This document shows positions 19,201 to 24,709 of a stretch of DNA of 30,872 nucleotides, piece after piece. The stretch covers positions 1-30,872 of IMG/VR virus record IMGVR_UViG_3300034062_004747. One strand, given 5' to 3'. The DNA is from a virus. Its lineage: Duplodnaviria > Caudoviricetes. A program made the position numbers and the translations under genes. A model generated the notes under the pieces. That model made no database searches. It had not been told where the DNA came from and saw nothing but the letters and a program-made list of their open reading frames with translations. Every line of letters starts with the position of its first letter. The stretch's first letter is position 1.

Positions 19201-22099
19201 GCGAGCTGAAAATGCAATGGTTCGTAGTTTTACTACTACCATGAAATTTGATCGATGCCAATATGTGACCAGCATCTATGAATGGAGCTCTACCGCGATT
19301 TATCAAACTGGACAAATGGTACGTTATGATGATCGAGTTTGGATGGCAACTAGCGACGATTCTACACCGGTTGTTGGACCAACGTTTGATCTTGCCAATT
19401 GGACAGAAGTTGATCCTGGTACACTAAGTGGTGTAGATCGTACCATGGGACTGTATGTGCCTGGTGTTAATCAGCCTGGACTTGAATTGCCATTGCTGAT
19501 TGACGGAGTTGATTATCCAGGTGTACAGGTGTACGGTGATTATTTCTTGGGCAATCCGCTCAACACTGATGCTGTGTTTGAAAGCGAATTTGTTGACCCT
19601 ACTCTGGGAGAAAGATTTACCAGCGTCAATATCGACGGCGGCCAATTTGTTGGACTCTACGAAGGACATGCACCAGAAGAACTGGTCAATGGTGCAGAAT
19701 ACGATACTCTGGACATGAGAGTGTATACTCGTCCGGGCAGCGATTGGCAATTTGATGGTCACGGATTTGAAATAGCAACAGTTCGCTACACATATGATTC
19801 AGCAATCACTGATACCTATAGTTGGGCTGCATTACTAGAACATCCAGTGCAGGTACTAGTAAGCAATCAAACAACGGGTCGAGATCTTGTACAGAATATT
19901 GACTACTCAGTTGATTGGGTTAATCAAACTATCACAGTAATTGATAATACAAGCAATGAAGATATTATCAATATTTCTGTATACGAGCTGGGTGGCGGAG
20001 CACAGTTGTTCCGCGGCAATTATGTTGGCAACGAAGTTGGCGATTCAGTAGTAATACCAGTAAGCACTAGCGAAATACAAACAGTGGCTGTGTTTCTTAA
20101 CAGCGCAAATATTTCAGGAATAACATGGGAACCTTATATTGATTCTGTTGCCTGGAATTTGTTTAGCAGTTATGAAAAACTTGATGTGGTAAACAACAGC
20201 GGCAGCTATTATAGAGCACTGCAAAATGTACCAGTTGGCACCGACATTACTAACATTGTTTATTGGGAGTTGTTTGTTCCTGCTACCGAAAGTATTGTAT
20301 TTTTTAACACCACTGTTGTATCTACTGATGGTATTGCGTTAGTAGCGTTTGGCATTGAATACACCACTGAAATTGGTGCCAGCGCATTAGAATTAGGACA
20401 AACTTACAGAATCAACACTGTGGGAACCACTAACTTTATCACAGTTGGTGCTGCTGTAAACACAGTGGGAACAGAATTTACTGCAACTGGCACCGCAGCA
20501 GGAACTGGCACCGCAACTATTGCATACAGTTGGAGCACTGCTCAGGTTGATACATTTGTTGCAGATGATACTATTGTATCTAGTCGTACATTAAATTTGG
20601 ATATTGACTCAGGTGGAACCAACCCTGCCAATATGGTAGTAACCAAGAATGGACTACGACTTCGTCCTGCAGATGGCATTGAATGGATCAGTGATGGCAG
20701 CACACTGGGATTTGGTTTTCCATCACGTGGTGGGTACTCTCAACAGATTATCAATGCAGCCACTGATGTCAAAGTATGGGTCGACGGGATACTACAAGTA
20801 CAAAGTGTTGGTTTGATCACTGGAGCTTATAGTGTTACTGTATGGTCAGGAGCTGAAGACCGTCAGGTGATATTTGTTACTGCACCTGATGCTGGTGCTG
20901 CTATTTTGATCTCAGTAAGCACAGTGGCTGACTATGATGTGGCTGCCGCCTCAATTGAAATCATATCACCGCCTAATCTTGGAGATGTGTTCCAGGTCAT
21001 TGGATGGAACGACACTCGTCAACAAAATGCACTAACCTTGGTGTTCCAGGGACCGGTGACTACTGGTATCACTGTGGTTGAACCATATGATAGCACCGAC
21101 TTTGATTCTGGTACACTGTCTGATGATCCAGGCAGCTATGACTACAGTGAAGGAACTTCTATTCCTGTCAACGATTTTTGGCTACAGCGAGCCGATGTAA
21201 ATCCAAGCAGACTTTGGGTCACGTTAAACGGCATTAGACAATTTGAAGGTGAAAATTTTGTGGTCGAGGGCGAATACTTGATTCTAGCATCCGGCGCAAT
21301 TGGTTCTGCTGACATAATGGTAATTACTGAATTTACTGATTCTGTTGTGCCAGAAGCCATGGCATTCCGTATCTATCAAGACATGCGCGGCGTGCAAGGC
21401 ACCTACAGAATTACTGCTGCAACAACCACTGCGGTATCACAAGCTGTGTCTGCTACTGCTGACATAATTTATGTTGACAATGCCGCTGCCTTGAGCGAGC
21501 CAGATTTACCAAACGGTATATTTGGTGTTATCACCATTGGTGGCGAACGTATCATGTACCGTGTACGAGATACTGCACTGAACTTTGTAAGCAGCTTGCT
21601 TCGTGGTACTGCTGGATCAGGCGCAGCGGAACATGTGACAGGAACACCTGTTTACGATATCAGTCGCGGCAATTTGCTGATTGCTGAATATCAGGACTAC
21701 GTTGAAAGTGATACGCTAATTGGCGACGGATCAAGTACAATATTCCATGCTGATCCTCTCAAACTTGAAATTGACACAACCAATGAAGACAGCACATTTG
21801 ATGTTCGTAGTTTAGAAGTGTATGTGGGCGGCGTGCGTCAGTATGCTTACAACGACACTACTGTAGCAATTGAAACTGGTCAATACCGCTGGGAAATTGC
21901 TGAGTTTACACCACTAGCCATTGAGTTTGTGACACAAACTACATACCCTGAACTCGTTGCGCCACCAGCAGGTGTTGAAGTTACCATGTTGGTACGCAAA
22001 GGCGTCACATGGTATGCGCCTGGAGTAGGAACTCCTAGTGACGGTAATGCACTGCAAGAAACCAATACTCCGGCCGCAAGGTTCTTGCGCGGCTTATAA
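7202..22099 (+). CDS. Giant multidomain virion structural protein (4965 aa) in the gp7-like baseplate position, with cupredoxin-like, Ig-like, FG-GAP beta-propeller and CBM5/12-like modules
   Basis: Uninterrupted 14.9-kb ORF coupled to the gp6-like stop by a TAATG overlap. The N-terminus DFLPQIFQTETNKQFLAATLDQL resembles baseplate wedge N-termini. Internal modules are described in the findings. Confidence 0.8.
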   Translation: MATTRSVDFLPQIFQTETNKQFLAATLDQLIQEPKFKKTQGYIGRTVGPGINPNDKYVVEPSTTRADYQLEPGVISLEPDTDKIKNAITYPGINDAVQFNGGNETRPDRLYASEYYTWDPFVNFDTFVNFSQYFWLPSGPAAVDVAATGVPTTDNFVVNRENGVYTFSGVAGSNPVIELVRGGSYTFQVAQNAKETVNYRVSNVGISAYQIDYQPNPALTLARGNTYVFNLNLNGNYPFWIKTAATTGVGDAYNSGVSRNGALIGLVTFTVPQDAPDTLYYASQTQANMQGVLNIVDGDAGTGPGFWIQAAPGISGKVPTTPNISSRDVLGVVNNGEDLGQITFNVPLKTAQSFYYGLTDFGPIDLICDLKFNQINNVSVEEFMSAYGGIDGITNLNGRTLVFTEPVTDAQAGGWQQTTLYDPLPENSTFNAQPGSFDTVFFDQTTDIAPADRYQLWQINYVTLGAYTYMTLVKINTIPNLNKFRILYGSTYSSTQWYKNNTGVFEQIPLLTAIQDTLYYQDGTDPEIFGRIKLLEQASASTIDVDEILGQANYVSPNGVAFTNGLKVKFIGDVIPANYASGTFNLLCTSAEFGTNYITTASTANLYVGEQITFSVPTIGGLTPGTYYIQSVAPNGIQFTVSVQQYGTPVVLSPGTANVTAIVTSNLEYYVSNVGTAIELLPVTDYITPETYVVDNDTTTINAEPDTLDYLTIDRASKDLNPWTRSNRWFHLDVINATAEYNNTTAAFDNAYRAKRPIIEFRPGVRLWNMGTDGKQPVDIIDFEETDAFSNIQGSTGYTVDGYELIDGSRIIFAADEDADVKNKIYVVSFINPDTVSPLISQPIINLTLASDGVVLTDQSTVCVAGETLVGLTFWFDGSDWAQAQQKTGVQQAPLFNVYDPTGVSFGDQTKYQSSTFTGSKLFSYAVGDTGILDPVLQFPLQYLNINNVGDIVFENNLYKDTFLYVLDNASVTSNISSGSVRDYTSRVVYNREIGWQTAASESQIRQQFKFSYSGATLKLDVRVDDSLNNIPPIKLYVGSVFQAPSTYSYTRTSNSTTITLGKTYVLGDIIEVAVLSGQTSQVAFYQVPINLQNNPLNGNSDSFTLGTIRTHYESICENLTTVSGTINGANNTRDLGNIVPYGLTILQQSAPLTLAGYFMRSPTFNVFSSLNYNDREYNKFKYQLLDAVTKQNIEFNTTAQVLDTAIEEITLGRVETQPFYWSDMLPSGAVYTTTNYTVSLTSTNTFDTVQVYNYTSANYLGMNVYLNDVILTRGVDYTVPADGPRIVVSAALTLGDQLTIQEYTATYSSFVPNTPTKMGLYAAYIPGILTQQTSTGFIQVIQGHDGSITPIFGDLRDDVLLEFETRIYNNLKLDGNPVPMTIYDVLPGQFRDTGFTYAEISSVFNEDFLNYVGGNKLDYKSQQYIATNQFTWNYSSAQNKLNNETLLGAWRGIYRYFYDTEQPQYTPWEMLGITEQPSWWELTYGPAPYTSGNTVLWDDLEAGLVNDPIAPYVKTDFVRPGLSQVIPVDDEGNLLSPFDSVVGTYNQTQFQKSWASGDGSPVEASWWNSSSYPFAVMQVLAVTRPAKFFALFADRDLYRYSEEYGQYLYNERYRLDANGVEVYGDGTSKASYINWIVDYNRQTGVNSTTELTADLKSLDVRLCYRMASFSDKQYIKIYTEKSSPNSTNTALLIPDESYDLLLYKNQPFDRSSYSAVVVQKVDNGYSVFGYGTSLPYFNILESKATGLLQTISSGGVTVRVPTFYTNTVTQVPYGFIFTNETSVCDFLLSYGKLLEREGLTFTDQSNGYILTWNQMCQEFLYWSQQGWDTNALLNLNPLAMKLTVTREQAIVDSIRVQTIDNVLLDQNRRELNTRNLNIVRIGNTFSCEPLTNQTLSFIDLKFTTYEHMIVLNNQSVFGDLIYAPITGARQSRLNLVCVNTTDWTGQVDAPGFILNQDNVEEWTGLRTYAKGEIVKYKNVYWSALTIVQPSIKFNFGDWTQSDYTQLELGLLPNLSNKANQLTNTYDINSANIERDNDLLSYGLIGFRPRQYMAALNLDDVSQVNVYRQFLGSKGTILSAELFSNANLGKEAADYDIYENWAVQRAVYGANANRSFFELRLNRALLNSNPSLVQVVLPGQESEADQPILLSDVWRQSYKLTSPDILPTTTEPITDAALPTAGYVNLDDADITVFDINDLANVNANIDQISVGTSIWVAKINNYDWNIYRAQAVPGAIQHVCDNLDNTSRVIFSQQHGLVAGDTLIIKFFDVEVDGVYEVVSVPNLTTVNIVFQFAGDRVVANGTGLGFTLQTMRVAQASDIVNLPYANDILPGAKVWVDNNGSGNWEVLEKQEVFTDVAQISPLLLDATEHFGSSVAQATNRLAMLVGSPRYNHASGSNTGAVYVYVKNYGDQYSPVSPVANADGILSLTITGARGFGNAVDFGNQEWAAAGASASWGPNGAGEADSGYAAVIYRDPALGQPGVNPYAVWQLLTQPGTTTTTTPGAGEFGYSVAMSLDERWMYIGAPGLNQVHAYGRVDWEQQFVKALGNDSTASYNISQTIQIDDDSQLIVTIDGQVQLLGTDYTVTLAGGVYTTVVFTTAPAAGTLVNITRIYAKQLDAQTYFDVTQSATSGVGVGAEFTIVRVRNEVGQPGSTDGPTVGVTTAGTGYVNGNTVTIAASSFGGQADIVLTITSVSGSGGITGFNIAYVPVSLTTVFSLNELFFTVDNIYSFSITVDGEIYRPNIDYTYNVGTGDITFVTVPAAGTVIVATAQGYFEYVNTLTTAGLIAGDRFGQSVSCSTDGRQIMIGAPDKTVNGKVEAGAVYVFDRNVQRFIYGEDGSTVDFTLLGTPVGPISVIVNNVFFVNEADSTIGAPNSFYWDGANTVTIVNADLRFGDVIEIETNQFSLIQTVSQATVAEFSNFGQSVDLCAYNCSLYVGEPQSSIQIFKGGVVERAVNQSRVYGTVTAGAANPALTAGNTVRVNNMDVTVPNAWSSLSTYAKNTVVYNLSGGTYTIYVSIQSVPSSTAITNTSYWQSVTTTTVAASVSVRALAAQINVAVPNVSATVSTTGYLTVAVKNSAAAAEFNKLQVAPGSVGIAFTTLDFSTFVHTQVIVSPYPVEMGGFGATISIDDTATALAVGTPNGTLYLITIFDDGTTDFDVGSTIFFSTVNQSGAVYTYDYLPSSSPSVTNPGNFVFGQQISNSEVKEYDQFGFALNYTSGVLVVGAPYNDVEDSTAAFGRVFVFENANRTPAWTVLREQQPVVDIRLLNSVFTYDRITSATTQFYDFFDPLQGKILGAARQNIDYISGIDPANYNIGPTGINGATWTAEHVGQVWWDISSVRFIDPNQDDIVYASRRWGQVFPGSSIDVYQWVLSSVPPSDYTGPGVPQNTLSYSINSRLGRDGIFATEYYFWVRGVTSTATQQGKTLSVETVAQYIGNPRGSGISYVAPINASTIALYNAGEYIEAFDTVINIEFDREYTNDNVHVEYELIGQDKPDAFLSDNLYRKLQDSFCGVDTFGNLVPDPGLSIAERYGVQFRPRQSMFVDRFDALKNYLTRANNVLALYPISESRSFNLLNSAEPEPSANSELWNLRVANLEILGFQNINSVALGYKYLVVSDSDNRGLWTIYTVQANDQVPGTRELLLTRVQGYNTTDYWSYINWYRPGYNSSSKIIAEVANIAALDVLSVAVGSSAKVTANSQGKFEIYLLEDTGWSRVGLEDGTIEFSAELWDYALGRFGFDIEVFDAQYYDQEPVIETRKIIQAINEELFVDDLILERNRALTLMFNYVLSEFSAPEWLVKTSLIDVDHRIRDLTPYQNYRQDNQEFVLDYIQEVKPYHVQIREFNLRYNGFDDFLGTLTDFDLPAYYDTTLTVPQYTSPILLPYDHGTAQVSNVLSDLPSTSTVWSNFPYNQWYNNYLLTVTSIEMITGRFGTGYTEPPQVIITGDAVEPAEAEAIINSLGQVVAVTVTNPGSGYNTIPVVTFDGGNGSGAQAVVRAENAMVRSFTTTMKFDRCQYVTSIYEWSSTAIYQTGQMVRYDDRVWMATSDDSTPVVGPTFDLANWTEVDPGTLSGVDRTMGLYVPGVNQPGLELPLLIDGVDYPGVQVYGDYFLGNPLNTDAVFESEFVDPTLGERFTSVNIDGGQFVGLYEGHAPEELVNGAEYDTLDMRVYTRPGSDWQFDGHGFEIATVRYTYDSAITDTYSWAALLEHPVQVLVSNQTTGRDLVQNIDYSVDWVNQTITVIDNTSNEDIINISVYELGGGAQLFRGNYVGNEVGDSVVIPVSTSEIQTVAVFLNSANISGITWEPYIDSVAWNLFSSYEKLDVVNNSGSYYRALQNVPVGTDITNIVYWELFVPATESIVFFNTTVVSTDGIALVAFGIEYTTEIGASALELGQTYRINTVGTTNFITVGAAVNTVGTEFTATGTAAGTGTATIAYSWSTAQVDTFVADDTIVSSRTLNLDIDSGGTNPANMVVTKNGLRLRPADGIEWISDGSTLGFGFPSRGGYSQQIINAATDVKVWVDGILQVQSVGLITGAYSVTVWSGAEDRQVIFVTAPDAGAAILISVSTVADYDVAAASIEIISPPNLGDVFQVIGWNDTRQQNALTLVFQGPVTTGITVVEPYDSTDFDSGTLSDDPGSYDYSEGTSIPVNDFWLQRADVNPSRLWVTLNGIRQFEGENFVVEGEYLILASGAIGSADIMVITEFTDSVVPEAMAFRIYQDMRGVQGTYRITAATTTAVSQAVSATADIIYVDNAAALSEPDLPNGIFGVITIGGERIMYRVRDTALNFVSSLLRGTAGSGAAEHVTGTPVYDISRGNLLIAEYQDYVESDTLIGDGSSTIFHADPLKLEIDTTNEDSTFDVRSLEVYVGGVRQYAYNDTTVAIETGQYRWEIAEFTPLAIEFVTQTTYPELVAPPAGVEVTMLVRKGVTWYAPGVGTPSDGNALQETNTPAARFLRGL

Positions 22100-22105
22100 A
22101 GCAAG

Positions 22106-22112
22106 GTAAATA
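22106..22112 (+). promoter_or_regulatory. T4-like late promoter box (GTAAATA)
   Basis: TAAATA core in the 20-nt gap after the giant gene, ending 7 nt before the ATG at 22120. Confidence 0.6.
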
Positions 22113-22119
22113 AGTGACC

Positions 22120-22272
22120 ATGGCAAATACACAGTCAACTCAGCCAAAACAAGCAGCAACTCCTGCTGCAAAGGCTCGTAAACCCAACGAACAAGGGACC
22201 GTTTCGGTACAGGCTCACATGAGAATCTATGACCCAAAAACACAAAAAACTTATGTGGAGGGACGAGCATGA
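22120..22272 (+). CDS. Small 50-aa protein absent from the ORF track, probably virion/baseplate-associated
   Basis: Manual translation gives MANTQSTQPKQAATPAAKARKPNEQGTVSVQAHMRIYDPKTQKTYVEGRA*. It fills the gap exactly, follows a TAAATA box, and its TGA overlaps the next ATG (ATGA at 22269-22272). Confidence 0.8.
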   Translation: MANTQSTQPKQAATPAAKARKPNEQGTVSVQAHMRIYDPKTQKTYVEGRA

Positions 22273-22874
22273 TCACTCCTGGACTAGCTAAAATCACCGG
22301 CCATGTCAAAGTCTACGACCCCAAAAGTGGTGAAATATTCTACAACGATCACAACGCTATTCATTACGAAAATATCAGTGTTGCTATGGCACAAACACTG
22401 AGTGATCGAAATCTAGGCTACATATATCAAATGGCGTTTGGCAACGGCGGCAGCTCAGTGGATCCCACTGGTGTTATCACTTATTTGCCCCCAAACACCA
22501 CAGGACAAAATGCTGACCTGTACAACGAAACTTATGCCAAAGTTGTCAACGACAATTCAGCAGCTGACACAGATCCTGAAAACAACAAAATGACTGTGCT
22601 ACACACGTCGGGCAATGTTTATACAGATATTTTAGTACAGTGTTTGCTGGATTATGGCGAGCCACCACAACAACAGGCATTTGATAACAGCACCAACTTC
22701 AACGGTGAGTTTGTGTTTGACGAACTAGGACTCAAAACCTGGAACGGAAGTGCAGAGGATCTGCGATTGATCACACACGTTATTTTTCACCCCGTACAAA
22801 AGAGTTTGAACCGTCAAATTCAGATTGACTACACTCTACGTATACAGACATTAAGCAACATCAATGCTGTATAA
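22269..22874 (+). CDS. Putative baseplate / fibre-attachment structural protein (201 aa)
   Basis: ORF inside the structural cluster. The motifs QMAFGNGG...FDELGL...LITHVIFHPVQKSLNRQIQIDYTLRI recall tail-collar/baseplate beta-sandwich proteins. The exact family is not certain. Confidence 0.6.
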   Translation: MITPGLAKITGHVKVYDPKSGEIFYNDHNAIHYENISVAMAQTLSDRNLGYIYQMAFGNGGSSVDPTGVITYLPPNTTGQNADLYNETYAKVVNDNSAADTDPENNKMTVLHTSGNVYTDILVQCLLDYGEPPQQQAFDNSTNFNGEFVFDELGLKTWNGSAEDLRLITHVIFHPVQKSLNRQIQIDYTLRIQTLSNINAV

Positions 22875-22877
22875 ATA
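22870..22877 (+). promoter_or_regulatory. T4-type late promoter, perfect TATAAATA
   Basis: Exact T4 late consensus overlapping the TAA stop at 22872-22874. It is followed by an AGGA Shine-Dalgarno-like stretch and the ATG at 22910. Confidence 0.75.
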
Positions 22878-22909
22878 TCTATAATTAATTTAGGAACAAG
22901 GCGACCAAT

Positions 22910-24697
22910 ATGGCATATACAATTAATCTTACTGACGGCACAGTATTTGCAACCATTTCTGACGGCACAGTAAACACTGCTAGTAGCATGATACTGGTAG
23001 GTAAAAACTATGCCGGTTACGGTGAATTTCTCGACGAGAACTTTATCCACTTGCTGGAAAACGGTTCAAACACCACTGCACCCAGCGCTCCACTAACAGG
23101 ACAATTGTGGTGGGACAAAACCAATAACTTGCTAAAAGTCTACAACGGCACAATATTCAAGACTATTAGCGCTGCTACTTCTAGTGCATCTGCACCAACA
23201 TCAAACGTGCAAGGCGACCTGTGGTACGACACAGTAAATCAGCAAGTCAAAGTATATACTGGCACAGGTTTTATTGTGGTTGGCCCTGCGTTTACATCCG
23301 CTGAAGGCACAGCTGGCGCCATTCCTGAAACTATCAATGACAACGGCGGCACACCACACTTTGTGACCAGTTTGTATGTGAACAACACTCGTGTTGCTAT
23401 TGTGAGCAAAGACGCTAACTTTACACCAGCAGCCCCCACAGTAACCACATTCCCTGTAATTTATACTGGTATTACACTATCTAACACTGGTGGTAGTGGC
23501 CCGGTGTTTGCAGGTACTGCTACTAATGCTGCATTGTTGGACAACTTGGACTCTACTGACTTCATGAGAGCGACGGCCAACACAGCTACCACTGGTACTG
23601 TGCGTGTGCAGAACAATGTGGGTTTGTTTGTTGGTGCAGCCAACGTATTCAACGTAAACACCACCTCAACAGATGCCAACGTCAAAAGCGACATCAGTAA
23701 CGGTAATTTGGTGATTCAGGCCAACGTAGGCGGAACCACTTACAATGTGGCTCGTGCTCTGGGCTCAAATGGCACATTTGCAATTGCCAATGCTGCCACA
23801 GTGGGTACCACCCTTGGTGTAACTGGCAACGTAACTGGGGGCAACTTGGTTACTGGTGCACAGGTTAGTGCCACAGGCAACGTAACTGGGGGCAATATTA
23901 TCACTGCTGCCCTAGTCCAAGGTGCAACAGTCAGCGCCCTGGCTAACGTTATTGCTGGCAATGTCAACACAGCTGGTCGTATCACTGCCACTGGCAATAT
24001 CATCAGTGCTGCCAACGTTACAGGTTCATACTTGTTTGGTAATGGTTCACAACTCACAGGCTTGAGTCTGGGTGTGAGCGTTACCCAATTCCAAAATGGT
24101 ACAACAGCGGGCCAGGTTGGTACTTCGGGTGGCAACATCAACTTCAACGTGGGAGGTGTAGCCAATGTGGTTGTGATTGACACAAGCACTGTGTATGCTA
24201 ACGTTGTTAACGTGAACAATATAACCACTCCGGGCAATGCCGTTGGTAATATTGGTAGTGTAAGTAACCCATTTAACCGTGTGTTTGCTCAATCTACCAC
24301 AGCAGCATACGCTGACGTTGCAGAACGTTTTGCAGCCGATGCTGTATACTCAGCAGGAACTGTGGTTGAACTAGGCGGAGAAATGGAAATTACTCGTGCT
24401 AGAGATGAACTCAGTGAAAATGTGTTTGGCGTTATCAGCACACGGGCTGCTTACTTGATGAATGGCATGGCTGGTGATGACAACACACACCCGCCGGTGG
24501 CTATGACTGGACGAGTTCCTGTTCAAGTGATTGGACGTGTGGCCAAAGGTGACCGCTTGGTATCAGCTGGTAATGGTGTTGCTAGAGCGGCACAGCCTGG
24601 CGAAGCCACTGCATTCAACGTATTGGGTCGTGCATTGGCACACAAACGAACTCCTGAGCTAGGGGAAGTTGAAGCCATTGTGACCATTAGCAAATAA
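22910..24697 (+). CDS. Tail fibre/spike protein with a C-terminal autocleaving intramolecular chaperone-like domain (peptidase G2-like)
   Basis: The N-terminal anchor region has two P..G(Q/D)LW(W/Y)D.....(L/V)KVYxGTxF repeats. The shaft has G/N/V/T-rich repeats (ATGNVTGGN). The C-terminus is YADVAERF...GTVV...VFGVIS...PVAMTGRVPVQVIGRVAKGDRLVS...VLGRAL. Confidence 0.75.
   Translation: MAYTINLTDGTVFATISDGTVNTASSMILVGKNYAGYGEFLDENFIHLLENGSNTTAPSAPLTGQLWWDKTNNLLKVYNGTIFKTISAATSSASAPTSNVQGDLWYDTVNQQVKVYTGTGFIVVGPAFTSAEGTAGAIPETINDNGGTPHFVTSLYVNNTRVAIVSKDANFTPAAPTVTTFPVIYTGITLSNTGGSGPVFAGTATNAALLDNLDSTDFMRATANTATTGTVRVQNNVGLFVGAANVFNVNTTSTDANVKSDISNGNLVIQANVGGTTYNVARALGSNGTFAIANAATVGTTLGVTGNVTGGNLVTGAQVSATGNVTGGNIITAALVQGATVSALANVIAGNVNTAGRITATGNIISAANVTGSYLFGNGSQLTGLSLGVSVTQFQNGTTAGQVGTSGGNINFNVGGVANVVVIDTSTVYANVVNVNNITTPGNAVGNIGSVSNPFNRVFAQSTTAAYADVAERFAADAVYSAGTVVELGGEMEITRARDELSENVFGVISTRAAYLMNGMAGDDNTHPPVAMTGRVPVQVIGRVAKGDRLVSAGNGVARAAQPGEATAFNVLGRALAHKRTPELGEVEAIVTISK
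23825..23895 (+). repeat. Exact 20-bp direct repeat GGCAACGTAACTGGGGGCAA, two copies 51 bp apart, within the fibre gene
   Basis: Copies at 23825-23844 and 23876-23895 encode GNVTGGN in a 17-aa shaft repeat. Confidence 0.9.
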
Positions 24698-24709
24698 TTA
24701 GGATAAAAA

